Assembly: GCA_934660865.1 (NCBI GenBank) | Contig: CAKUIA010000016.1 | Location: 30,001 to 62,000, forward strand | DNA from: an uncultured Opitutales bacterium | GTDB taxonomy: Bacteria; Verrucomicrobiota; Verrucomicrobiia; Opitutales; Intestinicryptomonadaceae | Direction: 5' to 3' | Length of the DNA stretch: 32,000 nt | Shown: positions 18,005-26,185 of the stretch, piece by piece | Position numbering within the stretch: the stretch's first letter is position 1 | Layout: the number at the start of each line of letters is the position of its first letter | Program-made: the position numbers and the translations under genes | Notes under the pieces: generated by a model | What the model was told of the DNA's origin: nothing | The model's database searches: none | What the model saw: the letters and a program-made list of their open reading frames with translations, nothing else

Positions 18005-20350
18005 ATGAGAGAGACAAAATTATTGGCGATTACCGCCACTTTGGCTTGTTCGGCTTTTTTTGCCGCCTGTTCAAGCGTAGACGCTCAAAATAATGGCGCG
18101 TGCGTTAAAGGCGCAAGCGCAATGGTAAATCCGATGATTGGCACTGCCGACCACGGCCACACATATCCGGGGGCTACGCGTCCGTTTTCGGCCGTTCAGG
18201 CAAGCCCCGACAATGGCCGCTACGGTTGGGACTGGTGCTCGGGCTACCACTATTCGGTAGATTCAATTATGGGCTTTTCGCAAACCCACCTAAGCGGCAC
18301 GGGCTGCCCCGACTTGGGCGATATTTTGATTATGCCCACAACGGGCGCTTTAAAGCTTAATGCGGGCGACGCAAAAAATCCCGATTCGGGCTATCGCAGC
18401 CGTTTTTCGCACGCCGAAGAAACCGCGCAGGCGGGCTACTATTCGGTTATGCTTAAAGACTACAACATTAAAGCCGAAATTACCTCTACCGAAAGGGCGG
18501 GTTTTTACCGCTTTACTTTCCCGAAAAGCGAGCAGTCGAGGGTGTTGCTTGATTTAACCCACCTTATAGGCAGGGCAAACGGCGTTATGATGGCAAGCGC
18601 CAGAATTATAGACGATAGCACTGTTGCGGGGTCTCGCATTGTAAAAAATTGGGGCCCGAACAGGGAAATTTATTTTGCAATAAAGTTTTCAAAGCCGTTT
18701 TCGTCGTTCCAGTTCTACGAAAACAACCGCCCGCGCTACTTTTTCCCCGGCGAAAAGTTTAAGCCGGCCGCCCGCCATGTAGACGGCAAAGACATTAAGG
18801 GCGCATTCGATTTCGATATGAAAAACGGCGGCCAGCTTTTGGTAAAAGTGGGCATTTCAACCGTGTCGTATTCGAACGCGTTGGAAAACATTAAGGCCGA
18901 ATTGCCCGACTGGAATTTCGACAGCGTTGTTGCCGATTCCAAAGCCGCATGGGACAAACAAATTTCGAAAATTTCGGTAAAGGCCGACAAGGATACTACA
19001 ACCGTATTTAAAACGGCTCTTTACCATGCGACAATAGCGCCCCAGCTTAACGAAGACGTAAACGGCGAATATAGGGGCTACGACCACGCCGTGCACACGG
19101 CCAAGGGCTTTAAAAACTACACCGTATTTTCGTTGTGGGACACATTTAGGGCGCTTCACCCCCTAATGACAATAATAGAAACCGAACGCACAAAAGACTT
19201 TGTTGCCAGCATGATGGCGCACTTCGAACAAAGCCCCTACAAAATGCTTCCCATTTGGACACTGCCGCAAAACGACACATTCTGCATGGTCGGCTACAAC
19301 AGCGTTCCCGTTGTAATAGACGCATGGAGCAAGGGCTTAATGCCCAAGAACGTAAGCGAAAAAGACCTTTTGGCGGCTTGCGTTTCCACCGCAAATCAGG
19401 ATTCTTGGAAGGCTTTGGGCTACTATAAAAAGTACGGCTACATTCCCCACGACTTAAGCCACGAAGGCGTTTCCAGCGCGTTGGAATACTCATATGCAGA
19501 CTCGTGCATAGCCTATATGGCGCAAAAATTGGGCGACAAAAAAGTTGCCGAAGAATTTGCAAAGCGCGGTCAAAACTTTAAAAACCACTTCGAACCCGAA
19601 ACCGGCTTTATGCGCGCAAGGTTTAGCGACGGCAAGTTCAGAGAACCTTTCGACCCCCAAATTTCGGACAGGCGCAAGAGCAAAAAAGACCCCTCCGACA
19701 GAGACTACACCGAAGGCAACGGCTGGCACTGGCGTTGGTTTGCCCCGCAAGCTCCCTACGAATTGGTTAATATGATTGGCAAAGGCAAGCCCGAAAAGTT
19801 TGTCGAAGAGCTGGACAAACTCTTTACAACCGAGCGTACCGACTTTTCGGTGATCGACGTAAGCGGCCCGATTGGCGAATATGCGCACGGCAACGAACCT
19901 AGCCACCACACGACTTATTTCTATATGTTTGCAAATGCCCCGTGGAAAACGCAGGAAATGGTGCGCCGCATTATGCGCGAATTTTACACCAACAAGCCCG
20001 AAGGCATTTGCGGCAACGACGACTGCGGCCAGATGAGCGCATGGTATGTTTTAAGCGCAATGGGCTTTTACTCGTTCAACCCCTGCGGCGGAATATATGT
20101 TTTGGGTTCGCCCGCGGTTGAAGAGGCCTGCATAAACCTCGAAAGCGGCAAAACATTTAAGGTTAAGGCAATTAACCAGTCGCCCAAAAACGTTTATGTA
20201 AAGAGCGTAAGCCTAAACGGCAAGAGAATTAAACGCCCCTATATTACCCATTCCGAAATTATGGCAGGCGGCGAGCTTGTGTTCGAAATGAGCGGCAAGC
20301 CCGAAAAGGACTGCTTCGACAGCTCCGTAAAAATTCCCTACCGCCAATAA
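18005..20350 (+). CDS. GH92-family alpha-mannosidase, probable lipoprotein
   Basis: 781 aa. Signal/lipobox MRETKLLAITATLACSAFFAAC|SS. GH92-like blocks: VNPMIGTADHGHTYPGA, THLSGTGCPDLGD, YTEGNGWHW and GNDDCGQMSAWYV. Confidence 0.85.
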   Translation: MRETKLLAITATLACSAFFAACSSVDAQNNGACVKGASAMVNPMIGTADHGHTYPGATRPFSAVQASPDNGRYGWDWCSGYHYSVDSIMGFSQTHLSGTGCPDLGDILIMPTTGALKLNAGDAKNPDSGYRSRFSHAEETAQAGYYSVMLKDYNIKAEITSTERAGFYRFTFPKSEQSRVLLDLTHLIGRANGVMMASARIIDDSTVAGSRIVKNWGPNREIYFAIKFSKPFSSFQFYENNRPRYFFPGEKFKPAARHVDGKDIKGAFDFDMKNGGQLLVKVGISTVSYSNALENIKAELPDWNFDSVVADSKAAWDKQISKISVKADKDTTTVFKTALYHATIAPQLNEDVNGEYRGYDHAVHTAKGFKNYTVFSLWDTFRALHPLMTIIETERTKDFVASMMAHFEQSPYKMLPIWTLPQNDTFCMVGYNSVPVVIDAWSKGLMPKNVSEKDLLAACVSTANQDSWKALGYYKKYGYIPHDLSHEGVSSALEYSYADSCIAYMAQKLGDKKVAEEFAKRGQNFKNHFEPETGFMRARFSDGKFREPFDPQISDRRKSKKDPSDRDYTEGNGWHWRWFAPQAPYELVNMIGKGKPEKFVEELDKLFTTERTDFSVIDVSGPIGEYAHGNEPSHHTTYFYMFANAPWKTQEMVRRIMREFYTNKPEGICGNDDCGQMSAWYVLSAMGFYSFNPCGGIYVLGSPAVEEACINLESGKTFKVKAINQSPKNVYVKSVSLNGKRIKRPYITHSEIMAGGELVFEMSGKPEKDCFDSSVKIPYRQ

Positions 20351-20375
20351 TAGGCGCGGCTAATTGCAAATTTTA

Positions 20376-20403
20376 ACGGGGGCTTTTTAGCCTCCGTTTT
20401 TTT
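20376..20403 (+). terminator. rho-independent terminator of the GH92 gene
   Basis: Stem ACGGGGGCT (20376..20384) pairs with AGCCTCCGT (20389..20397), with one G-U pair, around the loop TTTT. A T-run follows at 20398..20403. Confidence 0.85.
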
Positions 20404-20522
20404 GCGTCCATACACTTTTGATATTCGTTTTTTTCGGGGCAGGTGGGCTTTTTTGTAATGCCGCGGCATTTTTTTATAAGTTAAAAGACAATGTTTTTGC
20501 AATTTCCCCAAAAAGCACGCAT

Positions 20523-20556
20523 AAAAAAACGCGGCCGCAAAAGCTTTGCATGCCGC
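20523..20556 (-). terminator. rho-independent terminator of dxs (minus strand)
   Basis: Two-part stem: GCGGC (20531..20535) with GCCGC (20552..20556), and GCAAA (20537..20541) with TTTGC (20545..20549). On the minus strand 7 T follow (complement of 20523..20529). It lies 30 nt past the dxs stop. Confidence 0.75.
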
Positions 20557-20586
20557 ATTTTTATTTAAAAGTTTTCCGTTAAAATG

Positions 20587-22497
20587 CTAAAAGAAAAGCC
20601 ACTTTTTCTTTGTCTTTTCAAACCTCGCAAAAATGCGGTTTTTAATGGATTCGTTGTCCAGCCCCTGCGATTTGCGTATGTCGGCAACATTGCTGCCGTG
20701 CGGAACAAACCTGTCGGGCCAGCCGATTATCTCTACGGGCTTTAAAATATTCTTTTGCTCTAAAGTCTCCAAAACGGCGCTGCCAAAACCGCCTTCGGCG
20801 GAATGGTCTTCCATTGTAACTATAAGCTTTGTGTTTTCGGCATATTGGGCCAAAAGGGCTTCGTCTATAGGTTTGGAAAAGCGCGCGTTTACAACGCTTA
20901 CTTTAACGGACTTTTCCTTTTCAAGTGCGTTTGCAACGGCAACGGCTTCTTTCACCATATTGCCTATGGCCCAAATTGCAATGTCGCAGGAAGCTTCGCC
21001 CTTTACGGGAACGGCTTTGCCAATTTCGATTTTTTCGGGAGCGTCTTTCATCTTTACGCCCTCGGCCTTGCCTCTCGGATACCTTAAAAAGCAGGGCTTG
21101 CCCGATTCTATTGCAGTGTAGAGCATGTCGGCAAGCTCGTCTTCGTTCGACGGCGACATTAAAACCGCATTGGGCAAACACCTTAAAAAGGCTATGTCGA
21201 ATATGCCGTGGTGGGTTGCGCCGTCTTGCGGGCTTAGGCCGGCCCTGTCCATACAAAAAACAACGGGCAGCTTTTGCAGGCAAACATCGTGCATGGCGCA
21301 GTCGAACGCCCTTTGCATAAAGCTGGAATAAATTGCGGCAACGGGCTTTAAACCGCCCCTTGCCAGGCCTGCGGCAAAAATGGCCGCGTGCTCTTCGGCA
21401 ATGCCCACATCGTAGAACTGTTCGGGCAGATTTTTCCTTAAATGCGAAAGCCCCGTGCCCGACGGCATTGCCGCGGTTATCCCCACAACCTTTTTGTCTT
21501 TTTGGGCGATTTTAAGCAGCGTTTTGCCCATTGCGTCCTGATAGGTGGGAATGTCGGGGTTGCTAAATTCCGTGCCTTCGCCCGTAAACCTGTCGTAGGG
21601 GGAAGCCCCGTGGAATTTTTCGGGGTTTTTCATTGCGCATTCCAGGCCCATTCCCTTTTTGGTGATAATGTGCAAAAGTATGGGTTCGTCGCTTATCTTG
21701 CAAAAGTTAAGATATTGTTCCAGCTGGGCAATGTTGTGGCCGTCTATGGGGCCTAAATAGCGCAACCCCAAATTCTCGAACATGGAAGAGGGTATAAAAA
21801 AGTCTTTCGCCTCGCGCATGGCCTTATAGGCAAACTTTTTCAGCACTTCGCTGCCGGGCACTTTTTTAAGGAACGATTCCGTATTTTTATGAACCCTGTT
21901 GTAGAGCGGGTTTGTTATAAGCTCGTTTAGGTACGAGGCAATGGCCCCTACGTTTTTGGCTATAGACATTTCGTTGTCGTTTAAGACAATTATAAGCCTT
22001 TTTGTTGTCGTAGAAACGTTGTTTAAAGCCTCGAATGTAATGCCGCAGGTCATTACGCCGTCGCCTACAACGGCCACAACGTTTTCGTTGCCGCCCTGTT
22101 TGTCGCGCGCCGCCGCCAAGCCCAAGGCCGCCGAAATTGCAGTGCCCGCGTGCCCCGCGCCGAATGCGTCGTGGTCGCTTTCGAATATGTTGCAAAAGCC
22201 CGCCAAGCCGCCCGTTTTGCGTATGTTTTTAAATTTGTCGCCGTTTCTGCCCGTCAACAATTTGTGGGTGTAGCACTGGTGCGAAACGTCGAAGATAATC
22301 TTGTCTTTTGGGGTGTTAAAAACCCTGTGCAGGGCAATGGAAAGCTCTACAACGCCCAAGTTTGGCCCAACGTGGCCGCCGTTTTTCGACGTTACCGAAA
22401 TTATTTCCTCCCTGATTTCTTTTGCCAATTCGGGAAGCTGTTCGGGCTTTAATTGTTTTACGTCGTCGGGGCCTTTAATATTTTCCAAAAGAGACAT
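20587..22497 (-). CDS. dxs: 1-deoxy-D-xylulose-5-phosphate synthase
   Basis: 636 aa. N-terminus MSLLENIKGPDDVKQLKPEQLPELAKEIREEII, then GGHVGPNLGVVELSIALH, a GDG...ALN ThDP motif and transketolase-like C-terminal domains. Typical Dxs. Confidence 0.96.
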   Translation of the reverse strand: MSLLENIKGPDDVKQLKPEQLPELAKEIREEIISVTSKNGGHVGPNLGVVELSIALHRVFNTPKDKIIFDVSHQCYTHKLLTGRNGDKFKNIRKTGGLAGFCNIFESDHDAFGAGHAGTAISAALGLAAARDKQGGNENVVAVVGDGVMTCGITFEALNNVSTTTKRLIIVLNDNEMSIAKNVGAIASYLNELITNPLYNRVHKNTESFLKKVPGSEVLKKFAYKAMREAKDFFIPSSMFENLGLRYLGPIDGHNIAQLEQYLNFCKISDEPILLHIITKKGMGLECAMKNPEKFHGASPYDRFTGEGTEFSNPDIPTYQDAMGKTLLKIAQKDKKVVGITAAMPSGTGLSHLRKNLPEQFYDVGIAEEHAAIFAAGLARGGLKPVAAIYSSFMQRAFDCAMHDVCLQKLPVVFCMDRAGLSPQDGATHHGIFDIAFLRCLPNAVLMSPSNEDELADMLYTAIESGKPCFLRYPRGKAEGVKMKDAPEKIEIGKAVPVKGEASCDIAIWAIGNMVKEAVAVANALEKEKSVKVSVVNARFSKPIDEALLAQYAENTKLIVTMEDHSAEGGFGSAVLETLEQKNILKPVEIIGWPDRFVPHGSNVADIRKSQGLDNESIKNRIFARFEKTKKKWLFF

Positions 22498-22499
22498 AA

Positions 22500-22736
22500 T
22501 TATTCTTTTTCTATAAATTCTTCGCTGCTCGAATCTTCGCTTATCTTTGATATTTTAAGTTCGGCGTCTTCGAGCCTTTTTTTGCAAATAGCCAGATACT
22601 TTTTGGCAAGGGAATAATCCGACACAAGCTCGTCGAGCTTAAGTTCCGACGATTCGAGCTTTTCGAGAATTTCTTCGAGCGACGCCATTGCGTCTTCAAA
22701 AGAAGTAGTTTCCAAATTTTTCTGTTTAGATGCCAT
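22500..22736 (-). CDS. xseB: exodeoxyribonuclease VII small subunit
   Basis: The ATG at 22736 gives MASKQKNLETTSFEDAMASLEEILEKLESSELKLDELVSDYSLAKKYLAICKKRLEDAE, the XseB pattern (sFE.a...LE.I...LE...L.L). The product is 78 aa. The track start at 22775 adds 13 residues. The stop lies 2 nt before the dxs ATG. Confidence 0.85.
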   Translation of the reverse strand: MASKQKNLETTSFEDAMASLEEILEKLESSELKLDELVSDYSLAKKYLAICKKRLEDAELKISKISEDSSSEEFIEKE

Positions 22737-22989
22737 TAACGCTATATATGATTTATAAAATTTTTGTAACGACAAGCATATTTTTGACTTTTGGGGTTGT
22801 TTTTGTGTAATTTGCTAATTTTAAATAAATTATTCTCCAAAAATTTTTTTTGCTCGACAAGACGCCTTTTATGTGTTCTTATATAATAGACGAGTATATT
22901 ATACCCCTGAAAATGGGGAACATATATTCAAGTTAAAACCAATCAATATAAAAAAGTGCAAAACTTGTCCTATGGCAGTTATTAAGAAA

Positions 22990-24315
22990 ATGAGTACCAG
23001 AGCAGCGTCAAAACCGTCTTTCGCATATTTAATCGAGAAAAAACGCGACGGAAACGAATTTACCGAAGAGGAAGTTCGCATTATAGTCGACGCCATATTA
23101 GACGGTGAAATACCCGACTACCAACTTGCAGCACTTATAATGGCCGTATACTTTAAGGATATGTCGGCGCAGGAAACAGCCTGCTTTGCCGAAGAAATGC
23201 GCCTTACGGGCGAAGTTTTGGAGCTTGAAAACATTACAAGGCCCAAAGTTGCAAAATACTCTACCGGCGGCGTGGGCGACAAAACCACAATGATACTTTC
23301 GGCAATGTCGGCGGCGTGCGGCGTTGTAATGCCCTCTATGTGCAGCCAAGACGAAGACTTTATTTTGTCCATGCCCGACAAGCTTTCGTCTATAGGCGGC
23401 ATAAAGACAAAGCTTTCGCTGGACGCCTTTGTAAAACAGCTTTCGGCGGTTGGAACCGCCATTGTTTCGCACGACGAAAAGATTTCGCCAGCCGATGCAA
23501 TTTTGTACAATATGCGCCACAACACTGCAACAATTCCAAGTTTGCCGCTTATTGCCATAAGCGTTTTAAGCAAAAAGTTTGCCGCGGGCGCCGAGGGCTT
23601 GGTTGTAGACGTAAAATGGGGCAACGGCTCGTTTATAAGAGATCTTGAACAGGCAAAGCAGCTTGCCCGCTACATAACAAGGGTAAGCAAGGTAATGAAG
23701 CGCCGCTGTGTTGCCCTTGTTACCGATATGAACCAGCCTTTGGGCGACTCGGTTGGCCTTGGTCTTGAAGTTTTGGAGGCCGTAAAGTTCCTTAAGGGCG
23801 AAAGCGCTTCAGAAGACATGAAAGAGCTTGTTTTAAAGCTCGGTATGGAAATTGTGCGCTTGGCGGGCGTTGCGGGTTCCAACTTGTCGGCAAAGCAGTC
23901 GGTAGAAAGGGCCTTAAACGAAGGCTTGGCCTACAAAAAGTTTTTGGAAATGATTAAGGCGCAAGGCGGGTCGGCCGCATGGCTTACCGATACTTCGAAA
24001 TACCCAATGCCCAAGCACGTGCGCAAGCTTGCCGCCCAAAAACGCGGCTATGTGCACAACATAAACGCGGGCCAAATTGCAAGGGGCGTAAAAATTCTTT
24101 CCGACGGCAAACCCGGTTCCAAGCCGGACCCATTTGTGGGCGTAACCGAAATCAAAAAGATTGGCACGCAGGTAAAGCAGGGCGAACCTTTGCTGCAAAT
24201 ACACTATAACGACGAGTCGAACCTGGATTCTGCAATGGAGTATTTCCGCAGCGCATACCGTTTGGCTCCGCGCAGGCCCAATCCTCCGCAAATAATAGTA
24301 GAGCGCGTAGCCTAA
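22990..24315 (+). CDS. thymidine/pyrimidine-nucleoside phosphorylase-fold protein (glycosyltransferase family 3) with a degenerate phosphate-binding signature loop
   Basis: Collinear with DeoA/Pdp: LIEKKRDGNEFTEEE, YSTGGVGDK, PADAILYNMRHNTATIPSLPLIAISVLSKKFA, TDMNQPLG and a PYNP_C-like C-terminus. The [11 protein letters not shown] loop is replaced (see findings). The start is ambiguous among ATG 22990 (MSTRAAS...), ATG 22972 (MAVIKKMST...) and the track's GTG 22873. The last runs through an AT-rich, promoter-like leader and is unlikely. Confidence 0.75.
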   Translation: MSTRAASKPSFAYLIEKKRDGNEFTEEEVRIIVDAILDGEIPDYQLAALIMAVYFKDMSAQETACFAEEMRLTGEVLELENITRPKVAKYSTGGVGDKTTMILSAMSAACGVVMPSMCSQDEDFILSMPDKLSSIGGIKTKLSLDAFVKQLSAVGTAIVSHDEKISPADAILYNMRHNTATIPSLPLIAISVLSKKFAAGAEGLVVDVKWGNGSFIRDLEQAKQLARYITRVSKVMKRRCVALVTDMNQPLGDSVGLGLEVLEAVKFLKGESASEDMKELVLKLGMEIVRLAGVAGSNLSAKQSVERALNEGLAYKKFLEMIKAQGGSAAWLTDTSKYPMPKHVRKLAAQKRGYVHNINAGQIARGVKILSDGKPGSKPDPFVGVTEIKKIGTQVKQGEPLLQIHYNDESNLDSAMEYFRSAYRLAPRRPNPPQIIVERVA

Positions 24316-24346
24316 CCCTTTTAATTGCAAAAAAACACGATAAAAA

Positions 24347-24369
24347 AGCTCCCAAAACGGAGCTTTTTT
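24347..24369 (+). terminator. rho-independent terminator of the phosphorylase-fold gene
   Basis: Stem AGCTCC (24347..24352) pairs with GGAGCT (24359..24364) around a 6-nt loop. The T-run extends to 24369. Confidence 0.75.
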
Positions 24370-24375
24370 CTTTGT

Positions 24376-24413
24376 AAAAAACGCCCCAAGCTTTGGCTGC
24401 TTGGGGCGTTTTT
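24376..24413. terminator. bidirectional terminator, serving the GH20-like gene on the minus strand
   Basis: Perfect 10-bp stem ACGCCCCAAG (24381..24390) with CTTGGGGCGT (24400..24409) around a 9-nt loop. An A-run lies at 24376..24380 on the left and a T-run at 24410..24413 on the right. It lies between convergent genes. Confidence 0.8.
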
Positions 24414-24436
24414 GCCTTGTGCAAATTTAAACGGTG

Positions 24437-26149
24437 CTAGGCAAGTTTTTTAATGTTTCTTATTCTTGTAGAGGCTTCGTATAGGCCGCCAACCCTTGCG
24501 CGCGCAAGCCATACCTGTTCGAACCTGCCTATTATGAGCTTTAGCCCAATCTGCTGCGGGGTAGTTTCCGTTTTTGTGTCGGAAACCGAGCGGTTTACCG
24601 CCCACCTAATCATGTCCATTGCCAAGCCTATTTCGGCAAAGCAAATCTGCGCGTCGGCGCATATGGGCCTCGACATTTTAAGCTGGTTTAATGCGTCGTC
24701 GCACGCCCTTATGATTTTTACCAAAGCCGACGAGTTTTCTTCGGCAAGCTTTTTTACCTCTTCGGGGCTGCCGAAGAAAAGCTTGTTGTGCAGGCTATAC
24801 TGTTTGTTCCACGGGTCCGCATTTGCCAAAGTTATAATTGCCTTTGCAAAATTCCTGGTTTCGTCCTTGAATATAAGCTTGCTTGCAACGCCTATTATTT
24901 CGTCCTGACTGTAGGGCGTGTCGCTCCAAGCGCACTGTGCAAATAAAGCCATTTGCATATACATTCCGCAAAACGCCTGATGGTTGCCGTTGTCGCCCCA
25001 GTTGGTTAAAATTGCGCCTTCGGCCTCGTATTTTTTTGCGCATTTGCAGGCGTTTTCTATGTTGGCTTTTGCGTTTTGCCAGCGGCATATAAAGCTGTTC
25101 CAGCAGCTTGTGCCCGGGGCAACCAAAAAGCTTCGGTTAAGGCTTTTAAGGTAGGCGCACTGCTCTTCAAACGGGCTGTCGGCCTCGTAGCCCCAAAGAA
25201 TGGGCGTCATATCGGCGGGAATGTCGTTTACCGAGGGCTTGTCGTTCATAAGAACGTCTGCCCAAAAATAGGCGCGCTTGTTGTATTTTTTTACAAGGCC
25301 GTTTAGCTTGTTTAAATAGTTTGTGTAAACTTTGTATTTGCCCAGCTTTTCGCAAACTTGACTGCTTTTGCCCATTCCAAGCTCCCACGGCTCGTCGCAG
25401 CCTATGTTTACTTTGTCGGAGCTAAAAAGCGGCAAAAATTCCGAATACAAACTGTCTATAAAATTCAACGCCTTGTCGTCGGGGCAAAGGGTGGTAGGAT
25501 ACGGCCGCACATTGCCCATGGGGTCTGTAAATGGCGCCTTGCTTTCGGCCAAGGGCTGGTATGCCTCGTACCTAAGCCATCTGTCGAAATGCCCCAGGCT
25601 GTTTATGTTTGCAACAAGCTCTATGCCAGTTTTTTGGCATAGGCCTTCAAGCATTTTATATTCTTTGGGCGTCATCGGCGACGAGTCGCCCCAAACCAGG
25701 GGGTGGTTGCGGAACGCAAAGGTATGTTCCGTATAAAGCTCCAGCCTGTTGAATTTAAAAAGGGCAAGCATATCCACCAAATACAGCAATGTGTCCATAG
25801 TGGGCACTTTGCAGCGGCTTATGTCCAGCATAAAGCCCCTAACGGGCAGGTCGGGAAAGTCGTGTATCTTAAGATACGGCAGCTCTTTGCACTGCATTAA
25901 AATTTGCCTTAGGGTTTGAAAGGCCAATTTTACGCTTTTGTTGTTGCAGGCAACAATAACAATGCCCGAATCGCCTATCGACAATTCGTACTCTTCGTCG
26001 TCGAAATTCGGGTTTTGCAACACCTTAACGGCGTCGCCCATGGGCATGCCGCTGTCGTCTATGCGAATGGCGTTTTCGGGCAGCTTATAGTAGCCTTCGC
26101 CGAACTCGATTTTTTTTGGAGTGGGGAAAATTGTTGGCAATTCTTGCAT
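24437..26149 (-). CDS. GH20-like glycoside hydrolase (beta-N-acetylhexosaminidase-like), no signal peptide
   Basis: 570 aa. An N-terminal GH20b-like region (MQELPTIFPTPKKIEFGEG...) is followed by catalytic-domain blocks: VRGFMLDISRCKVP, FKFNRLELYTEHTF, ANINSLGHFDRWL, and NIGCDEPWELG with an adjacent Asp-Glu pair. These are divergent from the canonical HxGGDE. Confidence 0.6.
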   Translation of the reverse strand: MQELPTIFPTPKKIEFGEGYYKLPENAIRIDDSGMPMGDAVKVLQNPNFDDEEYELSIGDSGIVIVACNNKSVKLAFQTLRQILMQCKELPYLKIHDFPDLPVRGFMLDISRCKVPTMDTLLYLVDMLALFKFNRLELYTEHTFAFRNHPLVWGDSSPMTPKEYKMLEGLCQKTGIELVANINSLGHFDRWLRYEAYQPLAESKAPFTDPMGNVRPYPTTLCPDDKALNFIDSLYSEFLPLFSSDKVNIGCDEPWELGMGKSSQVCEKLGKYKVYTNYLNKLNGLVKKYNKRAYFWADVLMNDKPSVNDIPADMTPILWGYEADSPFEEQCAYLKSLNRSFLVAPGTSCWNSFICRWQNAKANIENACKCAKKYEAEGAILTNWGDNGNHQAFCGMYMQMALFAQCAWSDTPYSQDEIIGVASKLIFKDETRNFAKAIITLANADPWNKQYSLHNKLFFGSPEEVKKLAEENSSALVKIIRACDDALNQLKMSRPICADAQICFAEIGLAMDMIRWAVNRSVSDTKTETTPQQIGLKLIIGRFEQVWLARARVGGLYEASTRIRNIKKLA

Positions 26150-26185
26150 TGTTGTATTGTGGGCCTGTTGTGTTTTGCGCGCTAA

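Noticed and set aside
22737-22989. Possible riboswitch or structured leader between xseB-dxs and the phosphorylase-fold gene (for example TPP-related, because dxs uses ThDP)
   Set aside because: The region is AT-rich and contains a perfect TATAAT (22882..22887) but no good -35. I could not find the conserved TPP-riboswitch core (CUGAGA...ACCUGA type) or any extended conserved-looking structure. There is only a weak CCCC/GGGG hairpin.
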